From positions 4,950,001-4,982,000 of the forward strand of contig NZ_LN831039.1 in NCBI RefSeq assembly GCF_001457595.1: a DNA stretch of 32,000 nt. The letters run 5' to 3'. Position numbers and translations under genes: made by a program. This stretch comes from Mycolicibacterium smegmatis (GTDB taxonomy: Bacteria; Actinomycetota; Actinomycetes; Mycobacteriales; Mycobacteriaceae). This document shows positions 16,087 through 25,179 of this stretch, piece after piece; the first letter of the stretch is position 1, and the number at the start of each line of letters is the position of its first letter. The notes under the pieces are model-generated. The model was not told the origin of the DNA. It did no database searches and was given only the letters and a program-made list of their open reading frames with translations.

Positions 16087-17397
16087 TCAGCCGGCAGCTT
16101 CGCGCGCGGCCTTCTCGGCCTGCGCGGCCTTGACGCGGCCCTCGTTGATCTCGGCCATGGCCTCGGGGATCTCACCCGCGGTGAACTTGCCACCCCGCCC
16201 GGTGGGCAGGCCGCCGAACGCGTAGGTCTCGTCGAACAGCGGTGCGTCCGAACCCTGCCTGCGCGACTCGACCTTCTCGACCACGGGCTCCAGGCGCTCG
16301 GCCTTGTCCTTGACCGCTTTTTCGTCGCGTTCGATGAACTCCGGCAGGATCTCCTTGCCCATGATCTCGATGGACTCCATGGTGCCCTCGTGGCTGCGCG
16401 GGTTCAGCAGCAGGATGATCTCGTCGACCCCACTGGCCTCGTAACCACGCAGGAACTCGCGCACCGTCTCGGGTGAACCGATCGCACCGCGGCCGGGTCC
16501 GTAGGCGAGCGTCGGATCGTCGGCGACCGCCTGCTCGTAACGCTCCCACACCTTGGTGCGGCCGGGCGTGTGCATACCGGTCAGGTAGTAGTGCATGATG
16601 CCGAACGAGAAGAAGCCTCCGCCGATGCCGAGCCGCTTGAGCGCTTCCTCGTCGGTGCGGGCCACCATCATCGACAGGTCGCCGCCGATCGCGAGGATGT
16701 TGGGGTTGATGGCAGGCGTGACGGGCGCGCCCTGCTCCTCGAATTCCTTGTAGTAGCCGTCCACACGTTCCTTGAGTGCCTCGGGGCCCGTGTAGGCGAA
16801 ACTCAGTGCGCCGATGGCTTTCTGGGCGGCCATCTGCACCGACGACGGACGCGTGCACGCCACCCACACCGGCGGGTGCGGCTTCTGCAACGGCTTGGGA
16901 ACCACGTTGCGCGCGGGCATCTCGACGTGCTCGCCCTTGAACCCGCTGAACGGCTCCTCGACCATGCACCGGATCGCGACCTCGAGCGATTCCTCCCACT
17001 GCGTGCGCTTGTCGGCCGGGTCGATGTTGAACCCGCCGAGCTCGGCGACCGACGATCCCTCACCCGTACCGAATTCGACACGGCCGTTGGACAGGTGGTC
17101 GAGCGTGGCGACACGTTCGGCGATGCGCGCGGGATGGTTGATCGGCGGCGGCAGGTGCATGACGCCGAAACCCAGCCGGATGTTCTCGGTGCGCTGGCTG
17201 GCCGCGGCCAGGAACATCTCGGGCGCCGTGGAATGGCAGTACTCCTCGAGGAAGTGGTGCTCGGTGAGCCACACCGTGGAGAACCCCGCCTTGTCCGCGA
17301 GTTCCACCTCGTCGAGGCCGTGCTGGAACAACTGGTGCTCGTCGTCCTCCGACCACGGCCGGGGCAGCGGGAACTCGTAGAACAGCGAAATCTTCAT
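16087..17397 (-). CDS. LLM-class (luciferase-like) flavin/F420-dependent oxidoreductase with a C-terminal tail of about 85 aa
   Basis: MKISLFYEFPLPRP...GFSTVWLTEHHF...GRVEFGTGEG are typical LLM TIM-barrel signatures. A strong AGGAGGAAG SD precedes ATG 17397. Confidence 0.85.
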   Translation of the reverse strand: MKISLFYEFPLPRPWSEDDEHQLFQHGLDEVELADKAGFSTVWLTEHHFLEEYCHSTAPEMFLAAASQRTENIRLGFGVMHLPPPINHPARIAERVATLDHLSNGRVEFGTGEGSSVAELGGFNIDPADKRTQWEESLEVAIRCMVEEPFSGFKGEHVEMPARNVVPKPLQKPHPPVWVACTRPSSVQMAAQKAIGALSFAYTGPEALKERVDGYYKEFEEQGAPVTPAINPNILAIGGDLSMMVARTDEEALKRLGIGGGFFSFGIMHYYLTGMHTPGRTKVWERYEQAVADDPTLAYGPGRGAIGSPETVREFLRGYEASGVDEIILLLNPRSHEGTMESIEIMGKEILPEFIERDEKAVKDKAERLEPVVEKVESRRQGSDAPLFDETYAFGGLPTGRGGKFTAGEIPEAMAEINEGRVKAAQAEKAAREAAG

Positions 17398-17411
17398 ACT
17401 CTTGCTTCCTC

Positions 17412-19199
17412 CTAGGAAATCCGGTGCTGAAGTGCGTTGTCGAGGTGGGGCTTTGCGGCTTCACCGGCGACTTCACCGGCGGACTCACCCGCCGCTGCGT
17501 GTCTGGCCGCGACGTAACCGAAGGTCATGGCCGGGCCGATCGTGGCTCCTGCCCCTGCGTAGCTGCGCCCCATGACCGCGGCGGAGGCGTTGCCGACCGC
17601 GTACAGACCACTCACCACGGTCTCGTCGGAGCGCAGGACCCGGGCGAACTCGTCGGTGCGCAGGCCTCCCGATGTGCCCAGATCTCCGAGGATGATCTGG
17701 AACGCGTAGTACGGCGGCTTGCCGAGTGGGCGGAGATTCGGGTTCGGCAGCGTCGGGTCGCCGTAGTAGTTGTCATAGGCGCTGTCGCCACGGTTGAAGT
17801 CGTCGTCGTGCCCGGCGCGCGCGAGTTGGTCGAACCGTTCGGCCGTGGCGCGCAGATTCTGCGGCGGCACACCGATTTTCGTCGCCAGTTCCTCCATGGT
17901 GCGGCCCTCCTGGACCACACCGGAATCCAGCCAGGCCTGCGGCACCTTGCGGCCGGTGGGCACGGGCGCGAACGGGATCTTGGGGATCGGCAGGTGCCCG
18001 GCCACGACGTAGCGGTGGAACGAGTCGATGTCGGTGATGAGCCAGCACGGGATGTGCGTGACGCCGGACTGTTGTCCCTCGATCATGGCGTGCGCGAAAT
18101 CCATGTACGGCGCGGCCTCGTTGATGAAGCGCTTCCCCTCGCCGTTGACCACGAACTGCGACGGCATCATGCGTTCGTTGAGCATGAACTGAAGCCGTCC
18201 GTCGGGCCAGCAGATCGCCGGGAACCACCAGGCCTCGTCCAGCAGCTCGGTGGCGCCGCCGACTTTTTCGCCGGCGCGGATCCCGTCGCCGGTGGCCGCC
18301 GGATTGCCGAAGCTCCAGTCCTTCTCCAGGATCGGCAGGTACTGCCTGCGCCAGGCCATGTCGTGGTCGAAGCCTCCGGAGGCCAGGATCACGCCGCGCC
18401 GCGCCCCGATCCGCATCGGCGTGCCGTCACGCTCGACGACCGCGCCGATCACCGCACCGTCGTCGGCGGTGATCAGTTCGGTCATCGGCGAGTTCAGCCA
18501 CAGCGGGATGCCCTGCTCCTTGAGCGCCAGGCGCAGGCGCGCGGCCAGTGACTGTCCGATGGCGGCCATCCGGTCGCCGAACACCCGGGCCCGGAACATC
18601 CGCCAGATCAGCTTGAGCAGGACGGCTTTGCCGCGCCAGTTCTGCCGGATCTGGTAGAAGAGCCGCAGATCTTTCGGTGCGAACCAGATGCCTTTGGGCG
18701 CCAGTGCCAGTGGGGTCAACAGGTTGCGTTCCTCGTCACCGAGCTTGCGCAGGTCGATCGCGGGCACGTTGATGGTGCTGCCCAGCGCCGAGCCGCCGGG
18801 GAGTTCGGGATAGTAGTCGGCGTAGCCCGGTTTCCACACGAACTCCATCCAGTTGCTCGTGCGCTCGAGGAAATCCATCATCTCCGGCGCGGACTCGACG
18901 TACTGACGTAACCGTGCGTCGCTGACGAGGCCGCCGGTGATCTGCTTGAGATACTCGAACACCCCGTCAGGTGAGGGCACGTGGCCCTCGCGGCGCTGCG
19001 CGGGTGCACCCGGCACCCAGATGCCGCCGCCGGACAGAGCCGTGGAACCGCCGAACTGTGGTGATTTCTCGACCACGAGGGTGTCGAGACCCGATGCGAC
19101 GCCGGCCAGCGCGGCCGTCATCCCGCCACCACCGGACCCGATGACGAGCAGGTCGACGGTGTGGTCGAAACCGTCGGTGGGTGAGTTGGTCGATGTCAT
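17412..19199 (-). CDS. FAD-dependent oxidoreductase, 3-ketosteroid-delta1-dehydrogenase (KstD)/fumarate-reductase flavoprotein-like
   Basis: The track ORF 17412-19319 is over-extended. ATG 19199 forms an ATGA overlap with the mhpB stop. Motifs: [16 protein letters not shown]...EK...[13 protein letters not shown]-terminal GLYAVGN and [12 protein letters not shown]. Confidence 0.8.
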   Translation of the reverse strand: MTSTNSPTDGFDHTVDLLVIGSGGGGMTAALAGVASGLDTLVVEKSPQFGGSTALSGGGIWVPGAPAQRREGHVPSPDGVFEYLKQITGGLVSDARLRQYVESAPEMMDFLERTSNWMEFVWKPGYADYYPELPGGSALGSTINVPAIDLRKLGDEERNLLTPLALAPKGIWFAPKDLRLFYQIRQNWRGKAVLLKLIWRMFRARVFGDRMAAIGQSLAARLRLALKEQGIPLWLNSPMTELITADDGAVIGAVVERDGTPMRIGARRGVILASGGFDHDMAWRRQYLPILEKDWSFGNPAATGDGIRAGEKVGGATELLDEAWWFPAICWPDGRLQFMLNERMMPSQFVVNGEGKRFINEAAPYMDFAHAMIEGQQSGVTHIPCWLITDIDSFHRYVVAGHLPIPKIPFAPVPTGRKVPQAWLDSGVVQEGRTMEELATKIGVPPQNLRATAERFDQLARAGHDDDFNRGDSAYDNYYGDPTLPNPNLRPLGKPPYYAFQIILGDLGTSGGLRTDEFARVLRSDETVVSGLYAVGNASAAVMGRSYAGAGATIGPAMTFGYVAARHAAAGESAGEVAGEAAKPHLDNALQHRIS

Positions 19200-20137
19200 G
19201 TGCTCGGTACCGCCGTCCTGATTGCGAAGCCTGCGATCAATTCCGGTGCCGCCCGGTAGAAGTGGTTGCCGGTCTGATACTCCCCATGGGCGGCCAGCGC
19301 CGCGAACGCCGCGACCCACGTGCGGATCTCGTGCGCGGAGTTGCCGCCCTCGCCCGCGATGAACGTGTTGGTCCAGCCGTCGAGATCACTCAGCCGGCCC
19401 TCGTCGAAGATCTCCAGCAGGCTCCTGTCCCAGTCGGGGTTGAGGGAGCGCAGCGGGCTCTGGCCGTGGGCGAAGTCGTGCGCGGCCTTGATCACCGCCT
19501 CCTGCCGGGCCATTCGCTGTTCGGGTGTCATGGGCGCGCCGTGCACGATGCGGTCGAGCGCCGCGGGCAGCGCGGTGGCCAGCGTCGGTACGGGCGGATC
19601 ATGTGACAGCCCACCGGATCCCACGATGAGGACGCGTTTGTCGAGCGTCGCGAGGAACGTGCCCACAGCCGCGCCGAGGGCGCGTGAACGCGACAGCGGT
19701 CCGAGCGGCGTGGCCACCGAGTTGATGAAGATGGGCACCACCGGGCGCGCGGTCGCGTCGCCGAACAGTTCCTGCAACGGTTGCACGGTGCCGTGGTCGA
19801 CGTCCATGGCCGTCGAGATCGCGATGTCGACGCCGGACTCCCACAGCGATTGGGCACACGCGTTGGCGATGTCGGCATCGACGGGCAGCGGCCCCTGGTA
19901 CGTGCCGTAGTCCCCGACGCCCGCGGCCGCGGTGCCGATGCAGAACGGCGGCATGAGCCGGTAGAAGAACCCGTTGTAGTGGTCGGGTGAGAAGGTCACG
20001 ACCAGTTCGGGATCGAACTGTTCGACGAACCTCCTGGCGTCGGCGACCGCGTCGGTGATCTGGTCAAGAAGTTCGGCCGACGGTCCCGGAAGATTCAGCA
20101 GTGGGCTGTGGGACATACAGCACAGGGCTACTGGCAC
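19196..20137 (-). CDS. mhpB: 2,3-dihydroxyphenylpropionate/2,3-dihydroxycinnamate 1,2-dioxygenase (LigB-type extradiol dioxygenase)
   Basis: Collinear with E. coli MhpB as I recall it: [84 protein letters not shown] 20137 has a GGGAGG SD 6-8 nt upstream and gives the same N-terminal length as E. coli. The track start 20146 is an alternative. Confidence 0.9.
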   Translation of the reverse strand: MPVALCCMSHSPLLNLPGPSAELLDQITDAVADARRFVEQFDPELVVTFSPDHYNGFFYRLMPPFCIGTAAAGVGDYGTYQGPLPVDADIANACAQSLWESGVDIAISTAMDVDHGTVQPLQELFGDATARPVVPIFINSVATPLGPLSRSRALGAAVGTFLATLDKRVLIVGSGGLSHDPPVPTLATALPAALDRIVHGAPMTPEQRMARQEAVIKAAHDFAHGQSPLRSLNPDWDRSLLEIFDEGRLSDLDGWTNTFIAGEGGNSAHEIRTWVAAFAALAAHGEYQTGNHFYRAAPELIAGFAIRTAVPST

Positions 20138-21755
20138 CGTTTTCACCTCCCTGTCTCAGATGCAGGATGCCGAACAGTGCGGTGCTCAATTCGGGTGCGC
20201 GCTGGGCGATGTCGGCGCCTGCGATGCAGCGGTCGGGGCGCAGCACCAGGACCGACTCGGTGTGCGCGTCGAAGAAGGCCTTGAGTGCGCCGGTACGGTC
20301 GCCGACGATCACGACGTCCGGATCGTCGTCTTTTGTCCAGTGCAGCTGCGTGGACGGCCGCGCGGCGATGAACGCCGCGCCCAACGCCTTCCAGCGGGTG
20401 AAGGCCGCCTCCCCCAGCAACGTGCGCGGGTTGTTGTTCCAGCACAACACCGCGAAACCGGTGCCGAGGACGTCGTCGAGCAGCACGTTGTCCTGTTCGC
20501 GGGTGTCGACGCGGGGCTGGATGAACAGCGTGCCCACCGGGGATGCGGGCGTGGGCGGTTTGGCGTGGTACACCGCGCCCTCGTGGTAGCGCGGCATGGG
20601 TTTGAAGCGCATCTCCAGCACGTAGCGCTTGAGCGTCGGGACGATGGAGGCACCGCGGATCAGCTTGTCGCGCAGGGCCGCAACCTTGCGGTTGGTCGGC
20701 GAGATGACGCGGCCCACCATGGTGGACAGGTCGATCATGGCGCGTGCGTGCTTGCGTCGCTCGGCGTCGTAGGTGTCCAGTAGCGCGTCGCCGGCCTGGC
20801 CCCTGACCACCGCGGCGAGCTTCCACCCGAGGTTGAACGCATCGCGGATGCCGCTGTTGTAGCCCTGGCCCTGCCACACCGGCATGAGGTGCGCGGCGTC
20901 GCCCGCCAGCAGCATGCGGCCCTTGCGGAAGGATCCCGCGATCCGGGAGTGGTGGGTGTAGACCCGCCTGCGGATGACGTCGACCCTGTCGGGATGCGGT
21001 ACGAACGGCCTGAGCAGTTCGGCGACGAACTCGGGATCCTCGGCCTGCTCGTCGGTCTCGTCGGCGTGGATCATGAACTCGAAACGCCGGATGCCGTGCG
21101 CGATCGAGATCGACGCGTACGGGCGTTGCGGATCGGCGCCGACCTCGCTGTTGGGATGCCCGAGCGGGTCGTTGGCCAGGTCGATCACCACCCATCGGGT
21201 GGACGACGTGGTGCCGTCGAACGAGACACCCATGAGGTGGCGCGTGGCGCTGCGACCACCGTCGCACCCGACGACGTACTGCGCGTGCACCGACGCCGGC
21301 CCGTCGGGTCCCGACACCTCGACGGTGACGCCGTCGGCGTCCTCGGCGATGGTCTGCATGCGCCGGCCCCACATCACCTCGACGTGGTCGAACCGGTCCA
21401 GTCCCGCGAGCAGCTCGGCGTCGACCATGGGCTGGACGAATCCGTTTCGCTTGGGCCAGCCGAACCGCGCGTCCGGCGGCGCCATCTCGGCAAGCAGCCT
21501 GCGGTTGGCGTCGTAGAAACGCAGGATCTGGTTGGGCACGGTGTGCGGCAGGATCGCGTCGACCAGCCCGATCGACTGGAACGTGCGCAGCGACTCGTCG
21601 TCGAGACCGACACCGCGCGGGTAGTCGATGAGGGTTTCGCGTTCCTCGATGATCAGCGTCCGCACGCCTTGTGCGCCGAGGATGTTCGCCAGGGTCAGGC
21701 CGACGGGCCCGGCCCCGACGATCACGACGTCGACTGCACCAGGGCTGGTTGTCAC
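20064..21755 (-). CDS. mhpA: 3-(3-hydroxyphenyl)propionate/3-hydroxycinnamate hydroxylase (group A flavoprotein monooxygenase)
   Basis: [80 protein letters not shown] and [11 protein letters not shown] match E. coli MhpA nearly motif for motif. GTG start, 4 nt after the mhpC stop. The 3' end overlaps mhpB by 74-83 nt. Confidence 0.9.
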   Translation of the reverse strand: MTTSPGAVDVVIVGAGPVGLTLANILGAQGVRTLIIEERETLIDYPRGVGLDDESLRTFQSIGLVDAILPHTVPNQILRFYDANRRLLAEMAPPDARFGWPKRNGFVQPMVDAELLAGLDRFDHVEVMWGRRMQTIAEDADGVTVEVSGPDGPASVHAQYVVGCDGGRSATRHLMGVSFDGTTSSTRWVVIDLANDPLGHPNSEVGADPQRPYASISIAHGIRRFEFMIHADETDEQAEDPEFVAELLRPFVPHPDRVDVIRRRVYTHHSRIAGSFRKGRMLLAGDAAHLMPVWQGQGYNSGIRDAFNLGWKLAAVVRGQAGDALLDTYDAERRKHARAMIDLSTMVGRVISPTNRKVAALRDKLIRGASIVPTLKRYVLEMRFKPMPRYHEGAVYHAKPPTPASPVGTLFIQPRVDTREQDNVLLDDVLGTGFAVLCWNNNPRTLLGEAAFTRWKALGAAFIAARPSTQLHWTKDDDPDVVIVGDRTGALKAFFDAHTESVLVLRPDRCIAGADIAQRAPELSTALFGILHLRQGGENGASSPVLYVPQPTAESSGTVGRTS

Positions 21756-21759
21756 GCCC

Positions 21760-22668
21760 TCACCGCCCGAGCAGGAAGTCGAGGTGCAATTGGTTGAACG
21801 TCGCCGGGTCCTCGTACTGTGGCCAGTGCCCGCACCCGGGCATCACCTCGAACCTGGCTCCGGGGATCATCGACGCGATGCGCCGCCCCTCGGCGACGTC
21901 GGCCGTCGGGTCGTCACTGGTCCACACGACCAGCGTCGGCGCGGTGATCGAACCGTATTCGGTCTGTCCCAGCAGGTTCCGCGCGCGGATCTGCGGATCC
22001 TGCAGCGCCATGATGTCACTCATCGCGGCGACGAAACCCGGCTGGCGGTACACGCGTTGGCGGCTCGCGACGATGTCGTCGTAATCCTTGCTCTTGTCGG
22101 CCATGAGCCACTTGATGCGTGCCTGCACGGTGTCCCACGTGGGGTTCTCGGCGGCCGCCATCGACAGCGTGATGATGCGCTTCATCACCTCGGGATCGGC
22201 CTGCGATCCGCCCGCGGTGTTGAGTACCAACTTCTCGACGCGGTCGGGATGGTCGACCGCGACGCGCGCCGCGACCCAACCGCCCAGCGACTCCCCCGAG
22301 ATGTGCGCGCGCTGCGCACCGATGGTGTCCAGGAAGGCGATGACGTGGTCGACGTAGTGGGCGACCTCCAGCGGGTGGCCGGGTTTGTCGGTGTAGCCGT
22401 GCCCGAGCATGTCGATGGACCACGTCGAGAAGTGCTCGGCGTGGGCCGCGAGGTTGCGGACGTAGGCCTCGGCGTGTCCGCCCGAGCCGTGCAGGAACAG
22501 CAGCGCGGGTGCCTGCGAATTTCCGGCGTGCAGGTACCGCGTGCGGATCTTCCTGTCGCCCACGGGGACATCGAGGTAGCCCTGCGAGAACGCGACTCCT
22601 TGCAGATCGCTCCAGATGCTTTCGAACTCGACGGCCGACGCGGTGCCTGCCGCGGCAGTGCTTGTCAT
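21760..22668 (-). CDS. mhpC: 2-hydroxy-6-ketonona-2,4-dienedioate hydrolase-like meta-cleavage-product hydrolase
   Basis: The track ORF 21760-22719 would run through the operator at 22690-22704. ATG 22668 has a strong AGGAGAGGGGA SD. Motifs: [19 protein letters not shown] nucleophile elbow, GCGHWPQYE. It is positioned with mhpA/mhpB. Confidence 0.8.
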   Translation of the reverse strand: MTSTAAAGTASAVEFESIWSDLQGVAFSQGYLDVPVGDRKIRTRYLHAGNSQAPALLFLHGSGGHAEAYVRNLAAHAEHFSTWSIDMLGHGYTDKPGHPLEVAHYVDHVIAFLDTIGAQRAHISGESLGGWVAARVAVDHPDRVEKLVLNTAGGSQADPEVMKRIITLSMAAAENPTWDTVQARIKWLMADKSKDYDDIVASRQRVYRQPGFVAAMSDIMALQDPQIRARNLLGQTEYGSITAPTLVVWTSDDPTADVAEGRRIASMIPGARFEVMPGCGHWPQYEDPATFNQLHLDFLLGR

Positions 22669-22689
22669 GGTCCCCTCTCCTGACGACCG

Positions 22690-22704
22690 GAGAATCATAT
22701 TCTC
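22690..22704. promoter_or_regulatory. Perfect palindrome GAGAAT-CAT-ATTCTC, 21 nt upstream of the mhpC start; candidate operator
   Basis: Read from the sequence. It lies between the AT-rich promoter region and the mhpC SD. Confidence 0.65.
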
Positions 22705-22737
22705 TTTTTCTGTAAGCACTTTGCTCAGTTATCGCAC

Positions 22738-22769
22738 ATCAGAGTGCATTATTATCAGAGCATCACTCT
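22738..22769. promoter_or_regulatory. Repeat cluster in the AT-rich mhpC/iclR divergent promoter region: direct repeats ATCAGAGTGCAT / ATCAGAGCAT and inverted repeat AGAGTG...CACTCT; a TATTAT -10-like hexamer lies at 22750-22755
   Basis: Read from the sequence. This is a candidate IclR-regulator binding site and/or promoter elements. The assignment is inferential. Confidence 0.35.
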
Positions 22770-22798
22770 CGCGGTTCTATCTGTCAAGGAGGGACGCG

Positions 22799-23524
22799 AT
22801 GCCCGCCAACGCAGCACAGTCGGCAGCACGCACACGAGCCGAAGGCGCGCCCAGCGCCGCCCCCGGCTCACAGACCCTGGCGCGCGGCCTGAGCGCCCTG
22901 CAGGCCATCGCCGACGCGCCGGGCGGGCTCACCGTCCAGCAGGTCGCCGACCACCTCGGCGCGCACCGGACCATCGCCTACCGGTTGCTGGCCACCCTGA
23001 GCCAATTTCGTTACGTGGCAAAGGGAGAAGACGGCCGCTACCGGCCCGCGGCGGCGCTCGCGGTCCTCGGATCGTCGTTCGACAACAACGTGCGCCAACT
23101 GGCCATCCCGACCCTGCGGACGCTGGCCGACGAACTCGGCTCCACGGTGTCGCTCCTCGTTGCCGAGGGTGATCAGCAGGTCGCGATCGCGGTGATCGTG
23201 CCCTCGCAGGTGTACTACCAACTCTCGTTCCACGAGGGCAGTCGCCACCCCCTCGACCGAGGTGCGGCAGGCGTGGCGCTGCTGGCCAGCATGCCGCCGC
23301 GGCCCGGCGAACGCGACCTCGTGCGGCAGACCCGCGAACAGGGCTGGGTGATCACCCACGGCGAGATCGAACCGAACACCTACGGCCTGGCCGTACCGGT
23401 GCGGCGGCGCCCGCCGTCGCCACCCACCTGCATCAACCTCATCTCGCACCGCGAGGACGTCGTCCTCGGGGGCAAGGACGCGGTGGTGCGGGCCGCACGC
23501 GAACTCTCGGCAATCCTGCACTGA
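22799..23524 (+). CDS. IclR family transcriptional regulator, MhpR-like by position (divergent from the mhp genes)
   Basis: The track ORF 22616-23524 is over-extended. ATG 22799 has an AAGGAGGGA SD. The wHTH region is LARGLSALQAIADAPGGLTVQQVADHLGAHRTIAYRLLATL, followed by an IclR effector domain. Confidence 0.85.
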   Translation: MPANAAQSAARTRAEGAPSAAPGSQTLARGLSALQAIADAPGGLTVQQVADHLGAHRTIAYRLLATLSQFRYVAKGEDGRYRPAAALAVLGSSFDNNVRQLAIPTLRTLADELGSTVSLLVAEGDQQVAIAVIVPSQVYYQLSFHEGSRHPLDRGAAGVALLASMPPRPGERDLVRQTREQGWVITHGEIEPNTYGLAVPVRRRPPSPPTCINLISHREDVVLGGKDAVVRAARELSAILH

Positions 23525-23538
23525 AAGGTCTTGCACAC

Positions 23539-25179
23539 ATGACTGATTCGAACGGCCTCCACGACTCCTTCGACGACGAGGTCGACGTCGCGGTGCTCGG
23601 AACCGGCGGCGCCGGGCTCACCGCGGCGCTGACGGCCGCGGTCAACGGCGCCTCGGTCGCGGTGTACGAGAAGGCGGCCACCATCGGCGGGACCACAGCG
23701 GTGTCCGGTGGCATCGTGTGGATCCCGGCCCACGACCGGGCCGGCGAACCGCTGCCCGTCGAGGATGCGCTCGCGTACCTTGCGGCGCAGTCCCTCGGGT
23801 ACATGGACACCGCACTCGTCGAGACGTTCGTGCGGACCGGTCCGGTGATGCTCGACTTCGTCGAGGCCCACAGTGAACTGCGGTTCGCCGTCGCCGAGGG
23901 CTTCCCCGACTACAAACCCGAGCTGCCCGGCGGGCGGCCCGGCGGCGGGCGGTCGCTGAGCGCGGGCCCGATCGACCTGGCCCGCCTCGGCGAGTGGCGA
24001 GACCGGATCACCTCGTTCCCCGCCGATTTCAGCAATGTCGGCATCGATGCCGAGACCCGCGCGCGCATCCACGCGGCCTACGACGATCCGGACGCCGATC
24101 TGTGCGTCGCGGGCACCGCGCTGGTCGCGGGCCTGCTGCGCGGTCTGCTCGACCGGGGCGTCAAGCCCGTCACCTCGGCACGCGCGGTCGAACTGCTCGG
24201 ATCGGCCGATGGCATCACCGGCGTGCGAATCCGCCTCGACGGCACCGACATCCGGGTACGCGCACGCGGCGGCGTGGTGCTGGCCACGGGCGGGTTCGAG
24301 TGGGACACCACGCTCGTCGAGGCGTTCCTGCGCGGACCCATGCACGGCCCGGTGTCACCCCCGAACAACACGGGTGACGGACTGCGCATGGCGATGGCCC
24401 ACGGCGCCGATCTGGCGAACATGGGTGAGGCGTGGTGGGTTCCGGTGGTCCAGATCCCGGGCGACACGATCGACGGGCACCCCCGCAGCCGCAGCATCCG
24501 TCTCGAACGCACCCGGCCCCGCAGCGTCATCGTCAACCGCGCGGGCAACCGGTTCGTCAACGAGGCCGGCGAGTACAACTCGATGGCCGGCCCGTTCCAG
24601 TACCTCGATCCCAAGGCCGGTTACGCCAACGATCCGGCCTGGATCGTGTTCGACTCGGTCCATCTGCAGCGCTACGGATTCCTCGGCGTCGAGCCCGGCG
24701 GCCAGGCACCGGACTGGTTCTGCGAGTCGGCCGATCTGGACGAGTTGAGCGCCAGGACCGGCATCGACGCCGCGGGTCTGGCGGCCACGTTGCGGCGGTG
24801 GAACGACAACGTCGGCCGCGACACCGATCCCGTCGACCCCGATTTCGGCCGCGGCGCCAGCGCCTACGACGGCTACTGGGGCGACACGTCGGCCGACACC
24901 CCCGCGCGACAGACCCTCGGGCCGCTCGACACCGCCCCGTTCTACGCCGTGCCGGTGAAGGTCGGCGCGATGGGCACCAAGGGCGGCCCGCGCACCGACC
25001 GCGACGGACGCGTGCTGCACGTCAACGGCTCACCGATCCCCGGTCTGTACGCCGCGGGCAACGCCATGGCCGGCGTGACGGGCAAGGCCTATGGCGGCGC
25101 GGGCGGCACGCTCGGCCCGGCGCTGGTGTTCGGCTACCGCAGCGGATATGCCGCGGCCACGGGCAAATCAGTCGACTGA
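23539..25179 (+). CDS. FAD-dependent oxidoreductase, KstD/fumarate-reductase flavoprotein-like; paralogue of 17412-19199
   Basis: VDVAVLGTGGAGLTAAL...YEK...GGTTAVSGGIVW, VVLATGGFEWD, and C-terminal GLYAAGN and GGTLGPALVFGY. It starts 14 nt after the iclR stop. Confidence 0.8.
   Translation: MTDSNGLHDSFDDEVDVAVLGTGGAGLTAALTAAVNGASVAVYEKAATIGGTTAVSGGIVWIPAHDRAGEPLPVEDALAYLAAQSLGYMDTALVETFVRTGPVMLDFVEAHSELRFAVAEGFPDYKPELPGGRPGGGRSLSAGPIDLARLGEWRDRITSFPADFSNVGIDAETRARIHAAYDDPDADLCVAGTALVAGLLRGLLDRGVKPVTSARAVELLGSADGITGVRIRLDGTDIRVRARGGVVLATGGFEWDTTLVEAFLRGPMHGPVSPPNNTGDGLRMAMAHGADLANMGEAWWVPVVQIPGDTIDGHPRSRSIRLERTRPRSVIVNRAGNRFVNEAGEYNSMAGPFQYLDPKAGYANDPAWIVFDSVHLQRYGFLGVEPGGQAPDWFCESADLDELSARTGIDAAGLAATLRRWNDNVGRDTDPVDPDFGRGASAYDGYWGDTSADTPARQTLGPLDTAPFYAVPVKVGAMGTKGGPRTDRDGRVLHVNGSPIPGLYAAGNAMAGVTGKAYGGAGGTLGPALVFGYRSGYAAATGKSVD

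Noticed and set aside
14596-16476. 626-aa plus-strand ORF
   Set aside because: It is antisense to the cyclase, 3alpha-HSD-like SDR and LLM genes, all of which have clear family signatures and coupled starts. The product is low-complexity and R/G/A-rich.
7856-19319. Over-long 5' extensions of several track ORFs (7845-9437, 10331-11872, 12597-13676, 13400-14866, 17412-19319)
   Set aside because: In each case the extension overlaps the upstream gene in another frame and is Arg/Pro/Gly-rich. A downstream start also exists that is either coupled to the upstream stop (ATGA/GTGA) or preceded by an SD, and that coincides with the start of the family-typical N-terminus.
22616-22798. Longer starts for the IclR gene (22616) and for mhpC (22719)
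   Set aside because: Both would read through the AT-rich promoter region and, for mhpC, the palindromic operator. Both inner ATGs (22799, 22668) have strong SD sequences.
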